Assembly: GCA_964016885.1 (NCBI GenBank)
Contig: OZ024751.1
Span: forward strand, 34,472,001-34,536,000
Length of the DNA: 64,000 nt
Direction: 5' to 3'
Origin: Eledone cirrhosa
Lineage: Eukaryota
The position numbers were made by a program, and so were the translations under genes. Below the pieces are notes generated by a model. It saw only the letters and a list, made by a program, of their open reading frames with translations. It was not told the DNA's origin and did no database searches. Shown piece after piece: positions 44,209 to 57,393 of the stretch. Positions within the stretch are counted from its first letter, which is position 1. Each line of letters begins with the position of its first letter.

Positions 44209-44889
44209 GTAAATGAAACTAGTTAACTTCGTTTGTGTGTACATTTTCAAATATTTTGAATTTGATCACGTGATAAATTAGTTCATATCAGAGAGTAATT
44301 AAAACATCAATTTATATCACACTATTCTGTTTATTTGTGAATATTCAGTCACGCCTATTGACACTACAAATAACATCATCACTACTACTTGCACTACTAC
44401 TACTACTACTACTACTACTACAAATAATAGTGAATTCGAAAGATCTTGTTACTGTAATGAATATCCGTGCAGTTGCAGTGATTCGCTACGCCCTTCATAT
44501 CTTCCATCACTATTAAGATTCCAAGAATTCTGAATGAGTTATGTAGGTGTATAAATGGTTAATTTCTAATCTGATCAGAGCAACATTTCCGCCCTGCTCT
44601 TGTACATCCGCAGTGATGGAAAGATATGTCGAGATTTTACCATGTGTTGTCTAGTAGAGTTTGGAGTTTAGAACAAAAAATGGAAGTTTAAACAGCATGG
44701 CGGAAGCTGTGTTCTATAGAATGAGTATTCAAACCTTAACAACGCGAACGTAAAACGGATATTAAAATGTATTTTCATACCTGTATTTCCTGATTAACAT
44801 CCAGGTGTTTCTTCACATTCAGCCTTGTAATCTTCATGCAGCTACGTTTCTTGACATACACCACATACATAAATAGATACATAGATACA

Positions 44890-44954
<65 letters not shown>

Positions 44955-45466
44955 TGATGCCGTTAGAGTAATAGTATGGCCAACCTAGGCAACCTCTATG
45001 TCATTGAATTTTGTCTATATTTTGCTGTGTGCCAGTCATATTTACTTAACTAAATCTATTATGCCATGCTTTGCAGCAAAGAGTTATGGCCCTTTATGGT
45101 CTGAGTTCAAATCCCGCCGAGGTTAACTTTGCCTTTCATCATTTACGGGGTCGATAAAAGAAAGTACCAGTAATCTACTAGGATAATTGCTGGCCTTGTG
45201 CCAAAAGTAGAAATAATTATGTTAATACCATTTGATGACTTCTTCGATTGCTTAATGTCATGGTTTGATGACGTTGAACGACCACATTCTTGTCCCAACC
45301 GCGAGTTACCATATCTATGATGGAGGTTACACGTATGGTCGAGTGCTTTTGCTTATTGCATTACGACCTGGTGATCAGAATGACTGAATCACAAACCTAG
45401 CTACTTATTAAAACTTTACTACGTAAAGCATATGCATATATATATATATATATATGTGTGTGTGTT

Positions 45467-45535
<69 letters not shown>

Positions 45536-46213
45536 GTAAATGAAACTAGTTAACTTCGTTTGTGTGTACATTTTCAAATATTTTGAATTTGATCACGTGA
45601 TAAATTAGTTCATATCAGAGAGTAATTAAAACATCAATTTATATCACACTATTCTGTTTATTTGTGAATATTCAGTCACGCCTATTGACACTACAAATAA
45701 CATCATCACTACTACTTGCACTACTACTACTACTACTACTACTACAAATAATAGTGAATTCGAAAGATCTTGTTACTGTAATGAATATCCGTGCAGTTGC
45801 AGTGATTCGCTACGCCCTTCATATCTTCCATCACTATTAAGATTCCAAGAATTCTGAATGAGTTATGTAGGTGTATAAATGGTTAATTTCTAATCTGATC
45901 AGAGCAACATTTCCGACCTGCTCTTGTACATCCGCAGTGATGGAAAGATATGTCGAGATTTTACCATGTGTTGTCTAGTAGAGTTTGGAGTTTAGAACAA
46001 AAAATGGAAGTTTAAACAGCATGGCGGAAGCTGTGTTCTATAGAATGAGTATTCAAACCTTAACAACGCGAACGTAAAACGGATATTAAAATGTATTTTC
46101 ATACCTGTATTTCCTGATTAACATCCAGGTGTTTCTTCACATTCAGCCTTGTAATCTTCATGCAGCTACGTTTCTTGACATACACCACATACATAAATAG
46201 ATACATAGATACA

Positions 46214-46248
<35 letters not shown>

Positions 46249-46764
46249 TGATGCCGTTAGAGTAATAGTATGGCCAACCTAGGCAACCTCTATGTCATTG
46301 AATTTTGTCTATATTTTGCTGTGTGCCAGTCATATTTACTTAACTAAATCTATTATGCCATGCTTTGCAGCAAAGAGTTATGGCACTTTATGGTCTGAGT
46401 TCAAATCCCGCCGAGGTTAACTTTGCCTTTCATCATTTACGGGGTCGATAAAAGAAAGTACCAGTAATCTACTAGGATAATTGCTGGCCTTGTGCCAAAA
46501 GTAGAAATAATTATGTTAATACCATTTGATGACTTCTTCGATTGCTTAATGTCATGGTTTGATGACGTTGAACGACCACATTCTTGTCCCAACCGCGAGT
46601 TACCATATCTATGATGGAGGTTACACGTATGGTCGAGTGCTTTTGCTTATTGCATTACGACCTGGTGATCAGAATGACTGAATCACAAACCTAGCTACTT
46701 ATTAAAACTTTACTACGTAAAGCATATGCATATATATATATATATATATGTGTGTGTGTTTGTG

Positions 46765-46770
<6 letters not shown>
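44143..46770. repeat. Near-identical tandem duplication of about 1.3 kb; each unit contains a SINE fragment (about 45060-45220 and 46355-46515, +)
   Basis: 44189-45470 repeats at 45516-46766. Only two substitutions were noticed, plus microsatellite length differences. Confidence 0.95.
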
Positions 46771-46837
<67 letters not shown>

Positions 46838-47013
46838 ATATATATTTATTTTTATAGTATTAAGGATACTATTTATGGTTATGTATATACTAAACCTTTT
46901 ATAGTTATATATATTTTAAACCCTAAATAGTGAAATACAGTAATTTATTACTATCTTATTCCCAGTAAGATAAATAGCTCAATGTAACAACATCAGTTGT
47001 TTTACAGATCAGT

Positions 47014-47594
47014 TATATAGAAATTACATGAATCAAAGTTCTGTTTAAATCATTTATTTGCTTACAATTGTTTCTTCCAAACCGAGGTGTGAAGTCTTCG
47101 TAGCAATTATTCAGTGATTTTTTACATACTTGACCTCCTTTTCAACACAAGAGACATATAGAAACATATGTATATATTGACCCATAGTGGGTTGACATCC
47201 ATTATAATAATATAGCATGGCAATTTACATACAAAGATTACAGTCATATTAATGGACAAAATTAAAGTAAAAATTAAAATTAAAATTAAAATAAATTAAA
47301 ATAAAACATGTTTTATTTTAATTTTAATTTTAATTTTAACTTTAATGTTGTCCTTTAATATGTCTGTAATCTTTGTATGTAAATTGCCATGCTATATTAT
47401 TATAATGGATGTCAACCCACTGTGGGTCAATATATACATATGTTTCTATATCTCTCTTGTGTTGAAAAGGAGGTCAAGTATGTAAAAAAATCACTGAATA
47501 ATTGCTCCGAAGGCCACACACCTCGGTTTGGAAGAAACAATTGTACGCAAATAAATGATTTAAACAGAACTTTGATTCAAGTAATTTCTATATA
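47014..47594. repeat. Long palindrome, about 290-bp arms, no spacer
   Basis: Centre aaaaca|tgtttt at 47308/47309; the right arm ends in a TA/TG microsatellite. Confidence 0.95.
47058..47106 (-). ncRNA. Degenerate hammerhead motif; a mirror copy lies at 47502-47550 (+)
   Basis: ttgct acGAAGA cttc...gaa GAAAC aatt GTA agcaa, with aataaa overlapping the end of stem I. The first core is mutated in both arms (acgaaga / ccgaagg). Confidence 0.55.
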
Positions 47595-47742
47595 TATTTT
47601 TATATATATTTATGTATGTGTATGTATGTATATATATGTATGTATGTGTGTGTATGTATATATATATGTATATATATATATATATATGCATGTATATATA
47701 TGTATGTATATATATATATATATGTAAGTATATATATGTATG

Positions 47743-47775
<33 letters not shown>

Positions 47776-47804
47776 GTGTGTACGTATATGTATATATATG
47801 CATG

Positions 47805-47835
<31 letters not shown>

Positions 47836-48004
47836 GTATGTATATATATGCATGTATATATATGTATGTATATGTATATATATATATATGCATGTATATA
47901 TGTATGTATATGTATGTATATATATACATGTATATGTATGTATGTATATGTATGTATGTATATGTATATATGTATGCATGTATATATGTATGTATATATG
48001 GATG

Positions 48005-48047
<43 letters not shown>

Positions 48048-48165
48048 GTACGTATATATGTATGCATATATGTATGTATATATATATATGTATATATGTA
48101 TGTATATATATATATGTATATATGTACGTATATATGTATGTATATATGTATGTATATATATATAT
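47595..48165. repeat. Compound (TA)/(TATG) microsatellite; dozens of other (TA)n, (CA)n, (GA)n and (CATA)n tracts occur throughout the window
   Basis: Directly visible. Confidence 0.95.
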
Positions 48166-48775
48166 GTCAGGTCACCACTTGGTGCTACTGGTAACATGTA
48201 TCCCAGTACAACCTGTCTAATGGTCGGGTCGTTGGCGACTAAACTGGCAACCCCACCAAGGTTTCTTGGTGAGGAGGGTGACTTTGGACATCCTGCAGGA
48301 CTAAAAACAAAACCTGTCAAAGGGTAAAGGAGCTCTTAAGAGTCAATGGCCATCCAAAATCACCGGGAGAGATGACCCCTTAGCCTTTGTCAAGGCAGCA
48401 TTTTAGGAGAAGGAAAACTCTGATATAACACCTGCAACCCTGATGGTATCCAATGATGCTGACTTGTTCTTCTTTTTAGTAAATATCATCTTGGTTAAGA
48501 GAGTGGGACTGGCTTTGTGCAGTGCCTTTGCTCACTATAAAAGCTTCACGGCACAGGCATTGCTTTATATCTGCAGATCTCTCTGCACTTGTCGTCACAT
48601 GGTACCATGGGCCCAGCACTATGTGTCAATAATTGTCACAAGTGTAGTGTTTGTACCAGAGTTTTTAAGTTGCTGGCTGGACTAAAAAGTCCCACTCGTT
48701 CAGCGCATCGGTAGGGGTTCTCCTACATGGATATAAAGTAGTGGCCATACTCGAAAACGAGTTGGCAGCCACCAT
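48166..48775 (+). mobile_element. Probable short non-autonomous RTE-related element
   Basis: GC-richer island between microsatellites. It has an RTE-5'UTR-like motif (taggagaaggaaaactctga) and a 3' end ggcagccaccatat that matches the RTE ends in this window. Confidence 0.5.
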
Positions 48776-49168
48776 ATATATATGTATGTATCTGTATGTA
48801 TATATATATATATATATGTGTATATATGTATGTATATATAGATATATATGCATGTATATATGTATGTATATGTATGTATATATGTATGTATATATGTATA
48901 TATATGTATGTATATATGTATATATATCTATGTATGTATGTATGTATGTATATATATATATATATATTTCTTTAGGTTTGTTGGTTCACCACTGGATAGA
49001 ACTGGTCATTCCGCATGGTCAATCCTGGTGTAATATTGTGAAGAGTACTCAACGCAGTGCAGTTCACCCATCTTCGTTTGTGTAGTTGGTGGTGCGAATA
49101 CGGAGTTAATTATAAATAAAATAAAATAACAGGAGGCTGGACTGGTGTAAATCCTTGAAAGGTTTATT

Positions 49169-49226
49169 ATACTATGATCATTTCAATGACCGGGTTCCAT
49201 ATGAATCCGGTGATATCATCAGGTAT
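49169..49226 (-). ncRNA. Type I hammerhead ribozyme in the left arm of the same palindrome
   Basis: Reverse complement of 49417-49474. Confidence 0.8.
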
Positions 49227-49416
49227 TGGAATATAACAAAGGAATATGTAAAAAACCATGGGTTCGAAAAATCAGAGACAGAGACAAAGAGGACAACTGA
49301 CCAACTAGCTGCTCGGCCAGTCGCCCTCAAAGTGTCAGTTGGTCAGTCGTCCTCTTTGTCTCTGTCTCTGATTTTCCGGACCCATGGTTTTTTACATATT
49401 CCTTCGTTATATTCCA

Positions 49417-49474
49417 ATACCTGATGATATCACCGGATTCATATGGAACCCGGTCATTGAAATGATCATAGTAT
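49417..49474 (+). ncRNA. Type I hammerhead ribozyme in the right arm of a palindrome
   Basis: atac CTGATGA tatc-accgg...ccggt-catt GAAAT gatc ATA gtat, then aataaa. Stem III palindrome ATGATCAT; stem II base is imperfect. Confidence 0.8.
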
Positions 49475-49594
49475 AATAAACCTTTCAAGGATTTACACCA
49501 GTCCAGCCTCCTGTTATTTTATTTTATTTATATATATCTATATATATAAAATAAAATAAATAAATCAAATGTTTAAAATTTGGCTTCGTTTATT

Positions 49595-49651
49595 ACTGCT
49601 ATATATATATTTCGGTGACAGCCATCTTTGGCTGTGACCTCTTCAGGCAGT
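49595..49651 (-). ncRNA. Type I hammerhead ribozyme, canonical
   Basis: actgc CTGAAGA ggtcacagcc aaagat ggctgtcacc GAAAT atatat ATA gcagt, then aataaa. Stem I is 5 bp; stem II pairs 9/10 with a G-C closing pair. Confidence 0.9.
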
Positions 49652-50596
49652 CCGAATTAGTGTGGTAAAGACGAGTACACATGTTGTTGAGGTGTATAAC
49701 TTTGTCAATACTCTGATATGCCCAGTTCCTGGTTGGGTTGTTAATTCACTGAGGAACTGGAATCATATGAATTCAAACAAACGAATTTCCGCGTCAAAGG
49801 GCCTCTTCTCCTCTCATTGGTCAGTTGTTAGAACATTCCTCAGTCAAAAGTCTATAGAAATTCGTTCTGAGGCAAGCCAATCTGTAGTTGTTGTTCTTGT
49901 TATTGTTAGGTAGATCTGACCTCTATTCTTGTGTTGGTAGTGGTGTTATTGTTGGAGTCATCTAAAAAAAAATGTGATAAAGTGGTAGAAGGAATAAGAT
50001 GGTAAAGGAACAAAATAAAATAAAATATTCGAATAAAATGTGTGTGTGTTATATCCATCTCAATGTTATAAAGATTTGTAAGCTCAAACTTCCCATTGGT
50101 CAGTTTTGAGAGCATTCCTCAGTCCAAAGTCTATAGAAATTCTTTCTGGGGTGAGGCTCCCTGTAGTGTTTGTGTTTGGTATACCAACATATACTAAAAA
50201 AAAATATATATATATATATACAGTAAATTTAGTTGTAATCCATACGTAATATATATATATATCAATTATATTTTACGTTTTTCAATAAAATAGCTACATG
50301 AACTTTACCTCAGAACAATTATACCTCAAATTTAAACGATATATAAAATTATATATATCGATATTATCAATTGAGAAACTGGCAGTATTTTGTACATATA
50401 TACAGAACAATTAATATATAAGTTGAACTATTTACTTCAAGATGGTAACACTGCCTATAGAACCATGCTTCTGGAAATCGAAGAAAGTACGCAAGCTATC
50501 GATCGTAGTAGTTAGTATCAATTACCAATTATCGATTTTGGTAGTAAGAATTCTAAGATCAAGATTTCCTTCATCAGTAAGAGCAGTAAGAGTAGG

Positions 50597-50684
<88 letters not shown>

Positions 50685-53600
50685 TGAGTGTGTTTGTATA
50701 TGTGTGTGTCTGTGTATGTGTGTCTGTGTATTTATACGTATATAGTTATACATTGGAAAGGTATTATTGCCAATAAAAACCTACACGTGGGTTGTTGGTT
50801 TTCACCTTAGCTACACTACTAAATAGATAATTAATTGATTCATTGATTAGTTTATTAACTGTTTTGTTATTTAATTGATATTTTACTGGCAACACATTTT
50901 CGCCATATATATTTGTTTTTCAATGAATATTCGTGCTCAAAGGAGAATCAATAATCATTGAGAAGGTCACTCTGTGTGACAAAAGAGGTTTGACAACAAA
51001 AATATGACAAACAACTATCCCTTCCTCAATTGACCAACGACTGAATTGGTTATTTATTAATATAAAAAGACTGAACTTTGTTTTTTCTTGTTAATTTGAC
51101 CTTCCCTAAGTATATCAATATATGTTACAACACACGATCTCTCTCTACACACACCCAAGCACACACTAGTGCATACAGACACAGGCGCACACGCACACAC
51201 ACATATAGTGCCTTACATATATATATGTGTGCGTTACTTCTTTGTCATAGTTCACGATTTTAAATTAGATGCAACATGTTCGCAATGACTGAAGCAGTAT
51301 CACCAGCAGTAGTCGTAGTAGTAGTAGTGGTGGTGGTGGCGGCAGTAGTAGTGGTGGTGGTAGTAATAGTGGTAGTAGTGGTGGTGGTAGTAGTAGTCGT
51401 GGTAGCAGTATTGGTGGTGGTGTTAGTAATAGTGGTAGTAGTGGTGGTGGTAGTAGCCGTGGTAGCAGTAGTAGTGGTGGTGGTGGTAGTAGTAATGGTA
51501 GTATTGGTGGTGGTAGTAGTAGTAGTGGTAGTAGTAGTCGTGGTAGCAGTAGTAGTGGTGGTAGTAGTAGTAGTGTAAATGGAATCGATTTAGGCCTATT
51601 TTATTTCTTTTTTTTATTTGTTCCTCCAAAAATAAAGCTAAAAGGAGAATGAGAAATTGGTAGATGGTGGTTTATTCCTTTGCTACAACGTTCCTTGGTG
51701 TCAAAAATGATTTAAAAAAAGACTATATATAAATCAAGCAACCAGTAGATATCTGTTGCAAAAAAAATGGAAGACAAGAATAATTACAAGAAAAATAAAA
51801 TATATCAAATATAGATAAATAAATAAATAAGTGAAAGTACAAAAAAAATCTATGAAACGTCTACCCATTAAATTCCATTTAATGTCTAAAAACATCACAC
51901 ATGATTATTCCAAGCTAATAAACATTATTTGATGCATTTCGTTTTCAGTTTTCCTTTCCAGATCATTTTGGATTTAGTTTCTTTTGTAATTTTTTTAAAG
52001 CCATTTTATTTATATATTTATTATTATTACTATTATTATTATTATTATTATTATTACCTTTTTTTACTATTTCAATGGTTACCCGTTGATGATTCGCTAA
52101 GATTGGTTTTGATTACATTCTCTGAAAGACGTAATACCGAATTCGTATCCGAAATCAATCTAATAGACATGTTCTAGATACAACAATAGAATAACATTTG
52201 TTATTGACCAGAGAAAATAGCGCAGCTTTTTACTATTGCTTTTACTTTGCAACACATTCAACTATTGAATATTTACCATATTTTGATATTTCATGTTTAA
52301 GATAGCTTCATATATCATACATGATACTTGATATTTGATACTTAGTATATTCAATTCATTTCTAAAATCGTATGTATTCCCCTCATAACTTTGCTATGTA
52401 ATGAAATAGTATAGCGGCGACAGATTTTCTATCCATTTCGTGTCAAATAAAATTATTTATATTCAGCTCGATATTATGTATATTTCCATTCGTTACACTT
52501 TCAACATCATCTGTTTTAATCAATTGAAGAGACGTTGGTATTAGTTTCAAGTCTGGATTATTCAAATCAGCGTTTATTGTAGTCTACTTGTTCAATGTTT
52601 ATCATTAAGATACTACAATAAATTGTATTTATGTATTTTTAATATCATGAAAATAATACGCTTTGCTTTTGCTTTTTGTTTTCTTCATGTCTCTCCAACT
52701 GTGTAACACCGCTGATCGTCTGGTTTAATCAATCAAAGACATGTTGGAATTCAAATGAATTTTTATTTCAAAATCAATGGTGATTCTAGTTTACTCTTAC
52801 AATATTCCTCATTAAGAAAGAACAATCATATCAATCCATTACATTTATTTATTCATTTATTTATTTTTAATATCTTTAAGAGCTGCAGAATCGATCGTCT
52901 GCTTTAATCAATGGAAAAGGTGTCAAAATTTTGTGTAATCTTTAATTTAGTGTGATCAACTCAAAAATAATTCCAACTTTATTTCGAGAGCATTCATCAT
53001 TTTTCATTACAAATTCAACAACAATATCAGCAACAGCAACATCTATAAGAACAACAACAATAACAACGGCAGAAACAGTTACAATAACGATATCAATTTA
53101 GAGGTAAAACCTCCTAACATTGTACCATGCAACGGAGGAGACTAAAGATGAGGAGGGGCAGTCTTTGACTAGTGACTCCCCCCAGAAGTGATTTATTACA
53201 TTGCAATGACACTTCTACTGGAAACTAACAGAATTAACAAGAGTGGTGCCTCGCCAAAACAACTCAATTTACCCATCATGAATTAGTCGTGTATTGCCAC
53301 ACATACACACATTCTCGCATTTGTCTCTCTTACATTTTTACCTGTTCCAGTCGATTGGCTGAGGCCATGCTAGGGCACCACTATTATATATATATTGTGT
53401 GTGTGTGTGTGTGTGTATAAAATGTACCTATATTTTCAATAGCTCAGTCAGTATAGAATATAAACAACATTCTACCATAAAGAACAGGTTAACTACAGCC
53501 GTTTCACTATATACAATCATTAGCCAATGTTAGAATTACCGACAGGTGTGTCACCATTTTACCTATCTTAGACAGATTCCTTGGAACAGCCCTCCCTCAA

Positions 53601-54149
53601 CATGTGGCGTTCTTTCGTAACCTCCTGCTTGATTGCAGAGGTTTACACCACATGGACCTCACCACATTTGGGAGACTTGTACCAGAAGTTAGGAACCATT
53701 GGATAGTATTTTAAAATGACCACAAAAAAAAATGAAAATAATAAAACCAATTTACATATTGTTTCCGTGAATCGAACACTTAATCGATTATCAAATACAG
53801 ATATATTCGCACCTTTACAGTGTTTCAGATATAAACTCGGAATTATCAGAGAACGAATATCGTCATATTTATATATTTCTCATTTCTAACAATTCAACTC
53901 TGTATTTATCTGTAAAATATGTTATCAATGTATCGATATATACCCCCCTCCTCTCTCAGCCTTCTCTTTCTATTACCTTTATCTTTCTTTTACTCGTATC
54001 TCCTTCTTTCAATTTCCCGCCAAATATCTCTGTGATTGAACGAATGCATGTTTGTATATATCGATATCTCCATCTAACTTGGTAGCAATGAATTATATAT
54101 ATATTCAAATATATATACACATACCCCTCCTACCCACACACACATGTTC

Positions 54150-54185
<36 letters not shown>

Positions 54186-54893
54186 GTGTGAGTCTGTGTT
54201 ATAAAACACACACACATATGTATATATTACCAATCATTTACAATCAACCTTACGTGTATCGATCTCCCAATCAATTGATCTATGTGCGAATGTATAAAAT
54301 ATCTGTCTGTCTGCTTTTCTATCTTACTGTCTATCGATATATTTGTCCATATATACAACTTTCTATATATATGTTCCATAACTCTCATAATAGTGCGTGC
54401 ATATATCAATACATATAGATATGTAAATATGCTCACTCACACAGTCACACACACACACAGACACACACACACAGTCACACACAGTTACACACACACACAG
54501 ACACACACATATATATATATTCTCTGACACACATCTACATATATGTGTGTGTATACATTTATATGTATTTGTGTGTGCCAATGTTTATATGTAGGTATCT
54601 GCCTGTGTATATGTATGTGTCTGTTGTTTCTAATTTAGTATTTCTTTTTCGTGGTATCTATCTATTATTCTATCAAACAATCGATATATATGAATATTTA
54701 TTCATTGATAAATCCATTTATGTTATACTCAAGCTATAAAACTGTACGTATATCTACATATCTGTCTATGAAAATGTCTATCCATTTATCTCGCTTGATA
54801 GTTATCAGGATCCACCCATCCAACTATCAATGCACGCATCTACACATATCTTATATATATATGTATATATAACACCCGTATTACATACCCCGC

Positions 54894-54929
<36 letters not shown>

Positions 54930-55214
54930 CTACAGGAATATGTATAAGTATTATATAACATTCAACACATTAATGACATTATGCAGACTTTCTCAACAAT
55001 ATGTTCACATGAAACGTCTGAGAGAATTATCTGTAGCAACCCAAAGGAGAGAGAGTTGGCGGAATGAGACACAGGCTTCCAATTACCTGGTCAAGTATTT
55101 CACTATACATCCTCACCCTTCTTCTGTAATTTATATCACAGTACATCACATATCTTTATACATTCAAACATAACCTTCCCTGGTGGTCACCTACCACAAA
55201 GATTTCAAGCATGT

Positions 55215-55330
55215 ACTTACACTCAAGCAAAGATCAGAGCATGTTTTTCGTCCCTAAACGTCCTGTTCTTTATAGATCAAGTGGATCAGGAATTGGAAAG
55301 ACTTCAGGAAGCTGGTGTCCTCAAGCCTAA
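55215..55330 (+). pseudogene. Small Ty3/Gypsy pol relic (start of RT)
   Basis: HVFRP.RPV...QVDQELERLQEAGVLKP with frameshifts resembles the sequence just before the Gypsy RT core. Confidence 0.6.
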
Positions 55331-55349
55331 GTGTGGCACACTCATTTAT

Positions 55350-55590
55350 AATAATAATAATGATTGTTACTTTTGGCACAAGGCCAGCAATTTCATCCGT
55401 GCATTACTGATACTTTATTTTATCAACCACGTAAGGATGAAAGGCAAAGTTAACCTCGCCGGAATTTTGACATAATGATAATAATAATTGTTTCTACTTT
55501 TGGCACAAGGCCAGCAATTATTTCAGTGCATTACTGGTACTTTATTTTATCGATCCCGTAAGGATGAAAGGCAAAGTTAACCTCGGCGGG
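55350..55590 (-). mobile_element. Two tandem 5'-truncated SINE copies separated by (AAT)n
   Basis: Core plus tail repeated at about 55350-55470 and 55480-55590. Confidence 0.85.
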
Positions 55591-55895
55591 TAATGATGAT
55601 AATAATATATATATATATGATAGAGAGGGGCTGGGAGGGATAATGAAAAAGAATTTGACAGAAGTGTTGTAGTTGTTTAGTCTTCCTGTATTAAATCTCC
55701 GAATAGCTATGACTTTAATCATCGATTCTGCGCGCGCACACACGCACGCACGCGAGACAATGAGACAGTGAAAGTGCTTTATATTCGTCAAATATATTAT
55801 TAAGAATATGAGACCTAGGTAAGGCTACAGGACTATAAGAAATATAATTTAAACGGAATGAAGTGAAAAGCGATCGAGGCGTAAATATTATGGGA

Positions 55896-55934
<39 letters not shown>

Positions 55935-56026
55935 GAGAGAGAGAGAGAGAGAGAGGGGAGTAGGGTGGCAGGTATGAATGTATCTCTTAATATATCAACG
56001 TATTTCTAGTGCATATGTGTGTGTTT

Positions 56027-56066
<40 letters not shown>

Positions 56067-56269
56067 GAGGAAGTTATTGGCAAGCTATTTATAACACTGG
56101 TTTAACCGCTTTACTTCCCTCCGAAGAAGAGATATTATCTCGAAAATTAAGGACATTTAAATAAATCTAAGGTAAAAGACTAATTGTCAACAATATCTTT
56201 TGCATTTGCATTATTTATTCTATGTCCATACCTGCACTGTTTTGGCTTTATTATACATATACAAACGTT

Positions 56270-56401
<132 letters not shown>

Positions 56402-57326
56402 ATATATATATAAATATATTTTTTTTTTATATATATATACAGTGAGAGAGGCAGAGAGAGGAGTGAGTGAGAAGAAATGAGAGACATAGACATATATTAA
56501 GAAATGTCTGATTCTTTGAACAAAATATCAATTTAATGAAAGTTAATGATTTGTGCCGCCACTCCTTTGAAGTTAAGATATAAAGTCGACAATATGTCAC
56601 GTGACGTTATAAATTCATTTGGAATTCAAAAGCAATAATTTTACATATAGTTTTGAATTGAATGTAACGTTTTTGGGATAGTCCAAATCAAGGAATCGTG
56701 GATTTCTCCATTTTTTAGGAGGGGTGTATGAATAATCTGGAAATTAATTTTGGAAATATTCGTTTTCCTTATTACTGCCATATCATTTGGTAACCGCCAT
56801 CTACAGACTGGTAACCATCACCTACAGAGCCTTAACAATATATCGGGAATGCAGGTCGAAGATATTTGCTTTTGTGGTGGTGATGGGTTGCAGGGCTACG
56901 GTGTTCACTGATATTGTTGTTTACCAGTCAATGCAGAGTGTTAAGGCAATTGCTGGTCTTATTTACACACACATGCATACACACATACATACAAAAACTA
57001 AACGGGTACAACGAAGTACTATGAGGAAATGTTTTTGTTTAACGTTTGATATGGTAGGAAAATTGTAACTTTTCGGACACTAGTCCATCATCAGAAGTTA
57101 GAATGAGAAGCTAGAGCTATAATAGAGATATAGAGACTAATAAGAAGGGGGAAAAACATTTGATAAAAATCAGGTGTATCCAGCCACCTGTATATATACA
57201 CAGTGCCATTTGTTCCTTCTGAATATATACAGGTATAACTTTATACACACACATATATATGTATATTTATATATATATATATATATATAATATAAGATCA
57301 AAAGATGGTTAAAGGAGTTCAATATA

Positions 57327-57393
57327 TTTTATTATGCGCATTTCAAAAACAAACATCATCAAACAATAATATTTGTGTTTTCATCAGATAAAA
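57327..57393 (-). ncRNA. Type I hammerhead ribozyme in the PLE terminal repeat
   Basis: ttttat-CTGATGA-[stem II hairpin]-GAAAT-gcgc-ATA-ataaaa: 6-bp stem I, intact core, palindromic stem III (ATGCGCAT), AUA cleavage triplet. Confidence 0.85.

Larger units (their letters stand above)
49111..49532. repeat. Inverted repeat, about 196-bp arms, 30-nt spacer
   Basis: Arms 49111-49306 and 49337-49532 with only a few mismatches. Confidence 0.95.
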
